Source: Tubulanus polymorphus
Taxonomy: Eukaryota; Animalia; Nemertea
Direction: 5' to 3'
NCBI RefSeq assembly: GCF_964204645.1
Contig: NC_134028.1
Span: 9,176,001-9,240,000, forward strand
DNA length: 64,000 bases
Shown here piece after piece: positions 38,301 to 50,710 of this stretch. Each line of letters starts with the position of its first letter. Position 1 is the stretch's first letter. Below the pieces are notes generated by a model. It was given only the letters and a program-made list of their open reading frames with translations. It was not told where the DNA came from and made no database searches. The position numbers and the translations under genes were made by a program.

Positions 38301-38897
38301 ATAGTCAATACCACTGATGATGATTTAGAAAACCAGTCGATTCTTAAATAAATTTGATTTATAAACTTATGGAACAATTTACAGCACGGTGTTATGAATA
38401 ATCTCTTATCCCACTAATAATTGTATGGAAAATGACCTCATTCGATGACCGTCCAACTTTTGTGATTAAGTCTTGATTCTGTTTACATTTCTAAATATCA
38501 TAGATAATAAACTCTTCCATCTTAAATTGTTAAATGTAATTTGATTTTGCTCGTCATACTACTTATTGTAAATATCAATTAGTAAATGTTGCTTTGTTGA
38601 TTGTAGTTTAAATTGATTTTGCTGTGCTGCTTTCTGTAAAGATCAATAAACTAGTTTCACTTGCATGGACTCTGTAAGAAAGTAGTTACGGATGATGGAA
38701 TTGTGAATGTCGCAAACGCGAATGACACTGTCCAAAGCATTGTTGCTGTACGTTTCGAATACAGTGACGGAAAAATGCAACATGTTCTGATGATTTATAG
38801 TACATGTAACACCCAGAAAATAGTCAGTCACAGTCGCAAAATCCCAATTACCAATGCACTCGTTAGCTCTTTCAAACACCAAGGCAAAATAATCCCT

Positions 38898-39842
38898 CTA
38901 AGGCCTCAGAGATATACGGCTAATCTTAGAACAGAAATATTCACGTATTTCTCGTCCCAGTAAAAGATAAAAGTAAAAGTTAATGGAGTAGTTAGATAAA
39001 AGGAATTAACCGAATATATCTAACATAAATAGTCTTTGGTCCATCGAGATTGGTATGAAAATAGCGATAGAGTTTGGAAGTGTAAAAATCGCGAAAGCGA
39101 TCGAAACTGTTACAAGCATTATCGTTGTACGTTTAGCTTTCTTATTAGACGATACCATTTGTGAACTTCTAAATAACTGAACTATTATAACAGAATTGGA
39201 TACAATTATTAAAGTTAGAGTTAGAAGATAAACATAGATAACGTACGCTACAAAATATATGAATTCAACAGATAACTCGTAGTAGCATCCAAAAAATCGG
39301 TCCAAAAACTCCATTATTACTATTGGGTAAGTACCCATTACCAACGCATTTATTACGAAAATAGTAACAATGACGCATCGGGCTAATCTCGGTGTACATA
39401 TCAAACGAGATGTGAACGGGAAGAGCACAACTGCCGCACGTTCCAGAGATATAGCAACTACTAACCACGAACTGCTAGCGCCGATGAATGTCATCAAAAA
39501 TTCAGATATTTGGCAACCCATGAGCGAGTTTATCACAAATATTGGACCGTTGTTTAGATGCAAGAGAAAATACTGTAAAACAGGCATCAGAGTAGAATTT
39601 ATGCAGTACATCAAATCACAGATAGACAAAGCGATCAGATAGTTAGCGTATGATAAACTGCGGAATCTGCGACTTATCATAATCAAGAAAGAAGCCGAAT
39701 TTCCGAATGCACCTGAAAGGAATAAGATAAGCAGAATGACGATAGAAAGTGTACGGTAGTTGCCAGTTTTTAGTTCCAAAGACATGAGCACCATGTAGTT
39801 GTGAGGTCGAGAAACAACAAACTGTGTACGGTTAGAATTCAT
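38898..39842 (-). pseudogene. GPCR family B copy 2 with a premature stop in TM7
   Basis: CAA to TAA change at 39006-39008 relative to copy 1; the downstream frame stays colinear to TAG at 38898; 9-bp in-frame deletion in the third intracellular loop. Confidence 0.88.
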
Positions 39843-40169
39843 GATTCAACCGTGTTAACAGATTCGCTGTCTACTCACATACTGGAATACTGTTAACGTG
39901 AAAGAAATCCACAAAGATACTGATTAAGCCTTATCACTTTATGATAGCTGTTCGTCATTTGTTACTTTCAGAGTTGATTTTTAATTTAGTTTCACCAATG
40001 AAATTGTGAGTTCAGATGATTTTCGCCCCAACTCATTTTCGTGAAATGATGTTTATTTAGTGTGTAAAATACGTCTCAGTTGAGTCGGAAATAAGCAGTT
40101 TATCATATGTTTAAAGTATATTCACGCTGGTATAACGAGATGATTTTATTATGAGGCAACATACATTCA

Positions 40170-40602
40170 GTTTGTCTCTTTGATAAAGACAGTTTCGTAC
40201 AGAAATATTCGCGTAATATTTCTCGTCCCAGTAAAAGATATATGTAGAAATTAATGGAATGATTACATAGTTGGAAATTGGCTGAGTTGATGGTTCGTGG
40301 AGATTGGAATGAAAACCGCAATAGAGGTTGGAAGTGAAAACACTGCAAGCATTATTGTTGTTCGTTTTGATTTTTTTGAAAGCAGTTGAGAACCTTTGAT
40401 TAACTGAACTAACAGAATTTGATGTAATCATCAAAATTTATGTTAGAAAATAAATGTAAATAGCGTACGCTATAGAATATACGAATTGGACAGGTAACCT
40501 GAAAGGAATAAGATATAAGCAGAATGATAGTGTCAAAGACATGGGAACCATGTGTTTGTATAAAGGCCGAGAAACAACCAACTGTGTCCAGGTAGAATTC
40601 AT
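40170..40602 (-). pseudogene. Duplicate of the deleted family-B relic
   Basis: Near-identical to 28460-28895. Confidence 0.78.
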
Positions 40603-41958
40603 GATGATTCACCAGAATCATCGGACTCATTGTCTACTTGCTTAATGTAATATAATGCATATATTAATAATGTTTTATTCGCGTGACTGCTATTCCACTT
40701 TTTATTGCCAAAAGAAATTACGTTGCCGCATTGTTGCACTTTTCAGCAGTCATTGCTATATGAACCAAATGATTTTTGGATGTCGCTTTTGTAATATGAA
40801 TATGCAAAACAACTCCAAAAGATATACTATCTTTCGATAAAATTATCTTTAGAATGATAACCCCCAGAGAGCGGTTTGCCATGGAAAGTAAAAATTGGAA
40901 TGATTTGTTGTAATATTAAAACTCTTTCGCTGGGGATATATTTCTTCATTATCCATTCAATGTGGGGGAATTAATTTTGTCTTATGATTTCTATGTAAAG
41001 TTCGATACATTTCCAGTGTAGAAACCCTCCTAAAACCAATATCTGTTATGAAGCTAATAGGTATCTCTACCAGAAAATGTTAGTTATAAAAAGTTTGGAC
41101 CTACGGGTGCAAGGTAGGACCCCCAAAACCTGAGGTCAAGTTGAGGTCACGCAACCAAAAAAGTCGACGACAACCAGTACATACTGCCTGTGTGTGTAGA
41201 GTGTATACAATCGCTTGTGAGCTCTCTATAGAGCATGCTGACTCAGTGTCAGCAGCCAGGCGCGACTAGTTTGCCATCTATCGGGGGTAATAGGAACCGT
41301 CACTTGAGGCGTGACCACGACCTAGTCTCTTTGTTTAAGCTGTCACGTGAGGCGTGACGACGCCAACTTAAAGAATTTATTAAAAGAAGGTATTCTCCTT
41401 CACGGAGCATTACCGAACATATATACACGTGTACAACTATACAAAATCACTGATCGTTAAAACTCTTACAGTCTTAAAGCCTCGTCGTAACGACATTGCG
41501 CTTAAACTACATGTCGACTGGGATTCGAACCTTGTGCCATCGATACTCCGGTGGCATGATGTCACCAGGTTCGAAAACCAGCCAGGAGGGGATTGTAATT
41601 AAAATATATATCATATGTACATCATTATTCACTACCCATTATTCACTGCCACGGCAAGGCTGAATGCCATCAAGAAGTTCGAATCCCTGCTGGGGGAGGA
41701 TGTCTATACAAAATTCAATAAGACCATAACCGGTTAAAACTTATGATATTGTAGTAAGCATGTATCAACCTGCAGCCCGGAACCACGACTAAGACATTCA
41801 CTATTCATAATCGAGTGTGAAAGACTGCAAGGATAGCAATGTGAATTTCAGTTGAACTTTTGATCTTAGGTGAAGAGTTACGAGTTATACATAAACGAAA
41901 TTCACCGTATAATCGGAACAGGTCATGAGCTACATTTTTGCAAACGATTTTGAACTGG

Positions 41959-42935
41959 GGCTTCGCCTAACTTAGTTAGCTACCTAATCGTTGGTGGCGA
42001 GCTCTTTTAATCGGATGGGCTTATACCAACGGTATATGCGGTTTGTGGAAATATCCGATCGTGAAACTAAACCACAGACAGGTCACTGACTAGGCCTACG
42101 CCTAACTGTCCAGGCTCACCATGCCCACTTTGGAAGTAGTTTGAAATGCTCAACTGTATTTGTATACATGTACCTGCAAAATTGGACCGATCGGACACAG
42201 TCCTGAGACCTTATCATGTCAAAAAGATGTTTTGTTTTTGCCTGAATTCCAAGCTCTGTAGCTTCCGTGTGATTTGCCAATTTTCATTGAAATTCGTAAT
42301 GGTTATACTTTGAGAAGGGCCGTCAGACGGGTCTTTCAATCAGTCAATTGTCACGCAATCGGCAGCCATCGGCTGTCATCAGTCCTCATTTTTAGATGGA
42401 AAAAATTTTGAGGGAAATATCAACAGGTTTTTTCAAGGGAGTTGAATATTCCAACATGTTCTAAAACGGCTTCGCCTAACTTAGTTAGCTACCTAATCGT
42501 TGGTGGCGAGCTCTTTTAATTGGATGGGCTTATACCAACGGTATATGCGGTTTGTGGAAATATCCGATCGTGAAACTAAACCACAGGCAGGTTACTGACT
42601 AGGCCTATGCCTAACTGTCCAGGCTCACCATGCCCACTTTGGAAGTAGTTTGAAATGCTCAACTGTATTTGTATACCTGCAAAATTGGCCCGATCGGACA
42701 CAGTCCTGAGACCTTATCATGTCAAAAAGATGTTTTGTTTTTCCCTGAATTCCAAGATCTGCAGCTTCCGTGTGATTTGCGAATTTTCATTGAAATTCTT
42801 GATGGTTATACTTTGAGAAGGGCCGTTAGACGGGTCTTTCAATCAGTCAATTGTCACGCAATCGACAGCCATCTTGGTGTCATCAGTCCTCATTTTTAGA
42901 TGGAAAAAAATTTTGAGGGAAAGATCAACAGGTTT
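41959..42935. repeat. 509-bp-period tandem duplication at the unit 2/unit 3 junction
   Basis: ggcttcgcctaacttagttagc starts at 41959 and again at 42468. Confidence 0.9.
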
Positions 42936-43161
42936 TAGTTTATAGTCTTTATGTTTGAATTGGAATTCGGATTACCTAGTTATTCTTTATCGCCACCAAG
43001 GGAGTTGAATATTCCAACATGTTCTAAAACGAAGTTTTCATGTTGTTTTCATTAAGCTATGGCTATTTTTGGTTCGTCTTCTCTGTATATTTCATAAGTC
43101 GTTTATCTATTTTGTACAGATGTACATATACATTGCATTCGATATTTGCGTTACCAATTTT

Positions 43162-44193
43162 CTACATTCGCTTTTCTAGCCGATGACAGCTCAAAAACCA
43201 AATTAGTGTTTTTCCGAAGCCTTTTCGGATACCCAAATAGACGAACAGATTTATCATCGAATTGATGGCGTGTAATAACTGCGCGGAATGATACGGGCGA
43301 TACGTGTTGCTATCGTTTTCCGATAGAAGCGCCGGCAAAAACGTGTTTATTATACCCATCAGGTAATCAACCATATAAAATATGTTTAGAGCTAGTATTG
43401 TCATTGTTATTTGTCGACCTTGTTTGCTTTCGGTAGAATTCGTTTCATCGTCCTCGTCCATTTGTTGAAGTTTGCGCCGCGTGCGAGCCGCGTTCCGTAC
43501 CAATAAATACATGTGACCGTTACACGCTAAAACAAAGGTACCTGGGATAAACAGAAGCACAACTTTAGCAAATACAAAATCGTAATACATTGCGTATCGT
43601 TTATTTAGAAGAAGTACCTTTCTAGTATGCACATATGCGCATGGGTGATTGGGCATCACCACGTAAGTCTCTTTATCCCAAAATGTCGGTATCTCGAAGA
43701 TAAAAGTAAGAATCCAAATGGCTATCGAAACGCGTAATGCATTTTGAATTGTGCATATTTGTCTGGCAGAAAGAGGAAATCGAATCGCTATATAGCGGTC
43801 TATACTCAACGCGAAAAGCAGCCACGGACTTGTAGTCATGGTCATCTGAAATATGAAATCTACATAAATATAAACGTGACGGAAATACTGTTGATAAATG
43901 CGATTATACCGAACGTATTCGAACGGGTAGTCCCTCGAAAGAAGCATCAAATCCCGGCCGAACATTCCTGCAGTCAAACAATTCATCATATCGGCAATAG
44001 CAAGCACTTTCAAGTATAAAATACTGCTTCCTCGAACTTTCATCAGGCGGAGAACTATGAATGCGAGACAGTTGGCGACTCCGCCGATGCTGTAAAGGAT
44101 CACACGAAATATTGTCATTACGGTAGTGTACGTGTACGTACCTTCGCCACCGTCGCATAATTTACCGCAACAAATAGCTGTTTCATTTACCAT
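43162..44193 (-). CDS. Rhodopsin-class GPCR family A, copy 3, 343 aa
   Basis: Intact ORF, more diverged than copies 1 and 2, notably in the N-terminus and TM6/ECL3. Confidence 0.93.
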   Translation of the reverse strand: MVNETAICCGKLCDGGEGTYTYTTVMTIFRVILYSIGGVANCLAFIVLRLMKVRGSSILYLKVLAIADMMNCLTAGMFGRDLMLLSRDYPFEYVRYNRIYQQYFRHVYIYVDFIFQMTMTTSPWLLFALSIDRYIAIRFPLSARQICTIQNALRVSIAIWILTFIFEIPTFWDKETYVVMPNHPCAYVHTRKVLLLNKRYAMYYDFVFAKVVLLFIPGTFVLACNGHMYLLVRNAARTRRKLQQMDEDDETNSTESKQGRQITMTILALNIFYMVDYLMGIINTFLPALLSENDSNTYRPYHSAQLLHAINSMINLFVYLGIRKGFGKTLIWFLSCHRLEKRM

Positions 44194-46293
44194 CGCTGCG
44201 TCTTGTTAGTTTTCATCGAAGCGAAAAAGATCAAGTCGCAATTATGCCGCACATACACGAATCATGGCAACGAAACCTTTCTCTAGATCTTTTTCGACGG
44301 TTGGTTTGCCTCCAAACGTAACATTTTTTTACGTAACGTTTTCTATCGACTCTCTTCGCTCGTTGTCTGTTGGCATCCCTTCCTAGTTTGTAATCTTCCT
44401 CCACGTCTAGGTATGATATTCTATCCCAATACTCTAAGCTCAGCAAAGGATGTAATTGAAAAAAACAGCGCACATTCATGAAAACTAACGTATGAGATTG
44501 CTTTATTCGAATGCCCTCTGATAGCTTATGAAACCTATGAAAAACATACAAATTCAATATCAATAAGTCTTGGAAGTGAAACAAATAATACACGTGTTTG
44601 CAATTTACCAACGGTCCAAGCAGCAACCTTGCAGAATTAAGTATTTCAGTCAAAATTGATCTGCCGATTCCATTCAAAGTTCATTAATTACCTCGTTAAA
44701 GGGCCTCATCTTTTTTCGCTGTTCAAGATTGTATAGTAAACATGTAGTAAATGATTTCATGTGCTGAAAATTGGAAAAGTGGAACATGGACTCTGAAATG
44801 ATTTCGTTTCAGAATTTCGTTTTAGAGTCAATGATTGTAATAATCTACAGGAAATATCGAACACTGCGTCGCATATGAGTTCGAATATTGTAAATCGGAA
44901 TATGATTATGATAGGCGTTGATTCGGTCCGATTCTGACTACATCCCCTTCAAAAGGGCATTTTTCGAAATAAGAGCACAGACAATTTATGTACATTACCT
45001 GTAGAATGTTATTTTCAGTAACCTATGCCGACAGACCGATGAACCATGCGGAGAGATGATCTAGGATTAACATCTCAAATTCCCCTCGCCGCCACATTGA
45101 AACTTCCCGGATTTAGGCCACTAGAAAGTCCATACAATATCAGACAGGGAATAATTTGAAAAGGAATTCCAAATCGTTAAACGAATCATGGCTGGTCTTT
45201 AAAAGGGGCATATCAAGTTTTTGAGTGCCTCAATCCATTTGGCTTTTCAACGCCCCCCTGGTCACCATATACAAAAACTAATCACCTTGAAAATCGAGCA
45301 CAATTATGCAACATGTCATAAGCTATAACTTTGTAGTCGATTGTGGTTAGAAAATATCCAAAGGTACCATTATCAATAAGCAAATTGGAGTGTATAATTC
45401 AATATTCAACTCCACCTGGTGGCAAGGACAAAAACCCGGGTAACCCCAATTCTACATGAGGAAATGAATACTACGACAGTGATACTATCTATCAAATATC
45501 AAGACTATAAGTAAAAACTTGTCGATTGATGTTCTCCTAAAAAATGAGGATTGATGACACTAAGATGGCCGCTGATTGAGTAACGCTTGTCTGTTCAAGG
45601 AATATGTCTGATTATTATAGAGCCCTTCTAGTATAAGGCCACATAAGGCCACATGACGGCAATTTTGCAATCAAAGATACTTCTAGTTAACAGTTCATTG
45701 ATATACTAAATTACCGAGATAGCTCAAATATATAGCAGGTCAAAAAAAGTTCCTCGCACAGTTCAAATATATAACACTTAAATTCATTAATTAAATTATT
45801 TTTAGAAGAGAAAAACAAAAGTTTTGATTTATCGTGCGAGAAAACCAAAATGTTTTTGAAATCTCGCATGAGAAAACCAAACTGGCCAGAAACGAGCCAA
45901 TGTGGAAATTCTTTATCGTTCCTCCAGCCGTACATTTTTTTAAAAGTATGCCCCAAATCATCCAACATACCGCGCACCCCTGTGGCGATAATATTCCTAG
46001 CTGCAGATTTATGTCATCAATTTGAATGCCACTCTCTTTTGTAAATGCTGAAAACTGTTATGTATCCACAGTACGCTTTCTATTGAGATCGCCTGAATGG
46101 AATATGCTTATGTTTCAATTTTCATTCAACTTTTCGTCAAACAAAACATTCATCATATCATATTCCGTCTATTAGTATCAATATGGTTCGTATAGAAGCA
46201 GTCTCGATTTTGCGCCCGACAGCGCTTATCTTTTGAAAATATGCAACCGGTCAACGATTATTTCATTTCGCAGATGAATCTTTCTCGCTCGGG

Positions 46294-47346
46294 ATGTTAC
46301 TGCCAATAACCACGATTAGCGACGGCTCAAGTGGGTCGAATCAAAATTCTACGGTTGAAAAAGACTGTACATTCAATAGAAAAATCTTCAACGTCGTAAT
46401 CGTGTATGTTTACTGTTTACCTGTTATTTGGACCACGGGATTCTTCCTCAATGTTTACACGTACTTCGTTCTCTATCGTTTTAAATCGGATGTAACCACG
46501 TATTATATTCTCCGACTACTGGCAATAGCGGATATTATGTTTATACTGGGAGCGGCCGTGGCAAAGTCCGGACGATTTTTCGATGGACTGCTTAAGTTCG
46601 ATGTACACGTTTATTACTTTAAACGCATGCGATTTATCGACCAAATTCTTGTAGATCACGCAGGTCCCGTACAAGAAATTTTCAAAATGATTAGAAACCT
46701 ACTGACGATGCTGATCAGTTTGGAACGATTAACCGTCGTCTTCTTTCCATTGAAATCTAAATTCATTTGCACTAAACGCACGTGTAACATTTGTTTATTG
46801 CTTATACTTATCATAACGTTAGGCAGTCAAAGCTGGTTCTATTTCACTATGGGCACCGAACGAACGAAAGTTCTTTGTCCTTTTAGTCTTAACCTATGGA
46901 CCAAAGTGCGCCCCGGAGCCCGAATTTTAAAAGCAAAAAATCTGACGCACACATTAGGCATATTAGTACCATTTTTTGGTATACTTCTTACTAATATGAT
47001 TCTTTTAAATTCATTGCGTCGAGCTTCTAAAAGGCGCCTCGAAATCAGCACTAAAAAGATTACAGAAAATCAAGCTGTTGTACTAGCGATGTCAGTTATA
47101 ACGACTTTTGCTTTATTCGAACTGCCGATGGCAGTGCACAAGTTGATAAATCAATTTTCTGATTTCAAAGGATTCATCCCAGATCTCAATTTCTTCTACG
47201 TTGCAGCGGTGTTTATTCAGATCGATTCCTCTGTCAATTTTGTTGTCTATTGTTTGTCTAGTAAAACATTCCGATCGCTTGCGTTCAACAGTTGCTCGCA
47301 GCGCAGACGTCGCCCAAGTGTGGAACGAAATAACTTTATCAACTAG
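46294..47346 (+). CDS. Rhodopsin-class GPCR, peptide-receptor-like (family C), 350 aa
   Basis: NST sequon, LAIAD in TM2, SLERL, FELP in TM6, DSSVNFVVY in TM7; a candidate splice acceptor tttcatttcgcag at 46261-46273 suggests a 5' UTR intron. Confidence 0.9.
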   Translation: MLLPITTISDGSSGSNQNSTVEKDCTFNRKIFNVVIVYVYCLPVIWTTGFFLNVYTYFVLYRFKSDVTTYYILRLLAIADIMFILGAAVAKSGRFFDGLLKFDVHVYYFKRMRFIDQILVDHAGPVQEIFKMIRNLLTMLISLERLTVVFFPLKSKFICTKRTCNICLLLILIITLGSQSWFYFTMGTERTKVLCPFSLNLWTKVRPGARILKAKNLTHTLGILVPFFGILLTNMILLNSLRRASKRRLEISTKKITENQAVVLAMSVITTFALFELPMAVHKLINQFSDFKGFIPDLNFFYVAAVFIQIDSSVNFVVYCLSSKTFRSLAFNSCSQRRRRPSVERNNFIN

Positions 47347-48151
47347 CTCACGACTTCAAAGTTTTTATTCACTCATTTCCAGTGAATTTTAGCCGGAATA
47401 CACTATACCCCTACACTTCTTTGCCCCAACACGTCTCTATACTCCGTCGCTGATAATTTTAGATACATTTATCACTGGTCTCGTCAATCCAGGGTTAATG
47501 GGTTCAAAAAAGGTGACGACAGAGTTTCTTGGTCGAAGGTTCTTCCTTGGTTCTTCCCCATTTGGATAAAGAAACATCGAACCAACTAATAATTCCCTGC
47601 GTGGCGTGCTCAGAGGGTAGAGGGAATTCAAATAAAACAGGAAAAAAGATACATTCATCACATATAGGCTAGTTTGCGCGATAAGAGAAAAGATAACGCA
47701 TGTAACGGTTTTAACGGAGCTTCTATTTCTTCGTCCATTCAATCTCTAGTTTATCAATAGTTTCAAATTTTCTCGTTAACTACAAAAGCCCATAACGCAG
47801 GAAAAGGGCTTTAAACTATCGCAAATATTTTAGAAACCAAATACAAAAGCTTAGTTAACAACTTCTGCGTCTCAGTCCTTCTGAAGTGCTGATAATATAT
47901 TTCATTATAATTTCAAATGTCTCTTGACTTCAATGATTCTTGGGTCGTCCAATGTTTCATTGACTCGGAAATCATAATGAATTACATTACAGAGAGGAAG
48001 TTGTTGGGAAATAAAAAAACATGATGTTTAACCGGTCGGTCGCCGAGACTTGCCAACAGACTTGTCGATTAGGTATTGTAAGGTGTACGGCCGTCACCTC
48101 ATCAAAATCAGGCCGCATTCAAGCGAATTCTTCATTCTACCATAAGAAAAT

Positions 48152-48749
48152 TATGGTGGCTGATAAGGGCCATAATGTAAAATTCCTGGTATGTAAATGA
48201 GGGCGCAAGAACGCCAGAACGCCAAAACGAAAAAAAACGTCCAATTTTCTCTGAAAGTTCGTTTTGGCGCGCCAAAACGGAGAATATTCCGTTTTGGCGC
48301 CCCCGCCAAAACGAACTTTCAACCACGTAAAATAATTCTATATATGCAAATTTATGCAAATTACACACAAGATCAACGCGCCAAATTGAAAAATAATTTT
48401 ACTGTGGTTGAATGCTTGTTTTGGCGGGGGCGCCAAAACGGAAAAAACCGGGCCAAAACGGAATTTTCTTTGTTTTGGCGGGCTTAAACGAACTTTCAGA
48501 GAAATTTCGACGTTTTTCGTTGTTTTGGTGCCAAAATGAAAGTTCGTTTTGGTGGGGGCGCCAAATATTCTCCGTTCTTCTCCAATTCTCCAAATATTCT
48601 CCGAATATTCTCCGTTTTGGCGCGCCAAAACGAACTTTCAGAGAAAATTGGACGTTTTTTTTCGTTTTGGCGTTCTGGCGTTCTGGCGCCCTCATTTACA
48701 AACCAGGAATTTTACACTATAGGCCTAATGGCCCTTATCAGCCACCATA
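48152..48749. mobile_element. IS3EU-like MITE
   Basis: TIR TATGGTGGCTGATAAGGGCCAT; perfect 6-bp TSD GAAAAT (48146-48151 and 48750-48755); long inverted arms of CGCCAAAACG motifs. Confidence 0.87.
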
Positions 48750-49310
48750 GAAAATAACTGAATCGAACGCGAAAAGGCGAAGCTGAAATTACTTTTTCAA
48801 AATTTACACCGTCTAGGGTTCGTTTTTTTTTGACACCGAAAAATCCGTTTCAGTAAAGTTTATACATTGATACCTAGCATGCAATTTATGAGGGGTTCTG
48901 TGTGAGTCGATGAGCCCTACGTCATCAATAGCCTATAGGCGTTTCAAAATAACAATAATTACAATATTCTGTATTTTGGCATTTATTTTGTGACTAAATA
49001 TATTTCACAACGCTAATTCTATTTTTGATAAATTTTGGTAATCATTTTTGAGAAGATGTGTGCTACGTCATCAATATATCGGGGTCTCTGACTGGTTGCC
49101 GGTCAATTCAATTCAATTATTGATACATTCAAATCGAGAATAACTTGATTGATCATTGATATCACATGTGAATATAAATAATAACATAATTTTCATTGTC
49201 GACAATCTTAAGCAATACGAGTGTTGTTTTTCAAGGCGTCAATAAACTCTTTTTCAAGGCGTCAATAAACTTTTTAATTTAGTTTTCATGTTAATATCAG
49301 GTAATACGTC

Positions 49311-49815
49311 TAATGTCTATTTCAACCTGACTTGAGAGCATTCCGGGTGGCCTAGCTCAGTAAGTCTTGGTAGTACATACCTGATAAAGGTCTTAATAGG
49401 ACCAGAAAAGACTGGCAGTCGACCTAAATCATCATTTTTTAATCCATTTGAAACTGTATTGAAGGATATCCAAAAAGTCTTCACTGGAAGGGGTTAAATG
49501 AAGAGAAGTGACTCACTCCATGATTTGAAAGTTTAACAATATGTTTCCATGCCTACGTATCAAATTTTAGTTGGTAGGCATGGAGACATATTGTTAAACT
49601 TTCAAATCATGGAGTCTCTTTTCTCTCAGGAACCCCTCTCAATGCAGATTTTTTTGATATCCTTCAATACAGTTTCAAATGGATTAAAAAATGATGATTT
49701 AGGTCGACTGCCAATGCATTCTGGTCCTAATAAGACTTTTATTAGGTATGTACCACCAAAACAGACTGACTTAGGCCACTAGGAATGCTCTCAAGCCAGG
49801 TTGAAATAGACATTA
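49311..49815. mobile_element. Foldback MITE (~505-bp imperfect palindrome)
   Basis: taatgtctatttcaacctg...caggttgaaatagacatta with arms complementary almost to the centre (~49560); flanked by gtc on both sides (possible 3-bp TSD). Confidence 0.85.
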
Positions 49816-50710
49816 GTCCGTGTCTTTCATGATCGATGTCAGAATTTATTAAATAAGTGTTGCGGCATTGCACGCAGTTAGTCTACACGCATTCAACAGA
49901 TATTATAATATTTACTTGGAATTAATTGTCGTATTTGAATTGATTACGACGAAGACAACAGCACGCTGTTATTCGCCAATCCCCATCCCCATGTTTTATT
50001 GAATCGTAAACCATTATAGATTTTATTTGATTCTGGAAATAAATGATTTATGATATATCAACTGACTTTCAACATCTATTATCAAATTTAAGCTAAAATA
50101 GGGAAATTCAAAGAAAAAGTACTTCGAAGCAGGCCGGACCTGCGGCCTCTACAACGATCGCCGTCGTATCCGCCCGGCCGCCGGGTCTTGCCCAAATGCT
50201 GATGATAGGCTATTTTTCTATGCACCGTCACCTTATCAAAATTGGGCTACGTTCAGATTTTTCATTTTACCGAGTCGTCATCTACATTTTTTTTCTGCGC
50301 AAGATTATTTCGAAGTAATACAATTCAAAGAATTCTTACCTATGCTTTCAGAGCTACGTATCTCACCATATTGATTGGAGACGTTTGGAGTAGGCCTATG
50401 AGTCGAAGCTGAGGGAGGATACATTCTATGAAATTTTTCTGGGGGGAAAAGGGGAAAAGGAATACAATTTAATTCTTTTTCGATTAACAAAAGATCTTTT
50501 TTTAACTACGACAACCAATACTGATTTTTGCTCTGCGATCTATATATACAACTGCATTTTTAGATTCAGAATTTATACAATAAACCTCTGAAATCAATGA
50601 TTCCTTTACGTAGACAATACGTAGACAAGTTAAGATCTTATATTCATTTTACCTAAACACAGGCGCATCACAAAATATCTCCCGAGCAAGTGCGATTTTC
50701 AGTCACTTCC

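Larger units (their letters stand above)
14170..44800. repeat. Tandem segmental duplication: unit 1 ~14170-30060, unit 2 ~30061-42467, partial unit 3 ~42468-44800
   Basis: Collinear near-identical sequence including GPCR-A, the AT-rich segment and GPCR-B; GPCR-A starts at 15663, 31518 and 44193. Boundaries are approximate. Confidence 0.92.
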
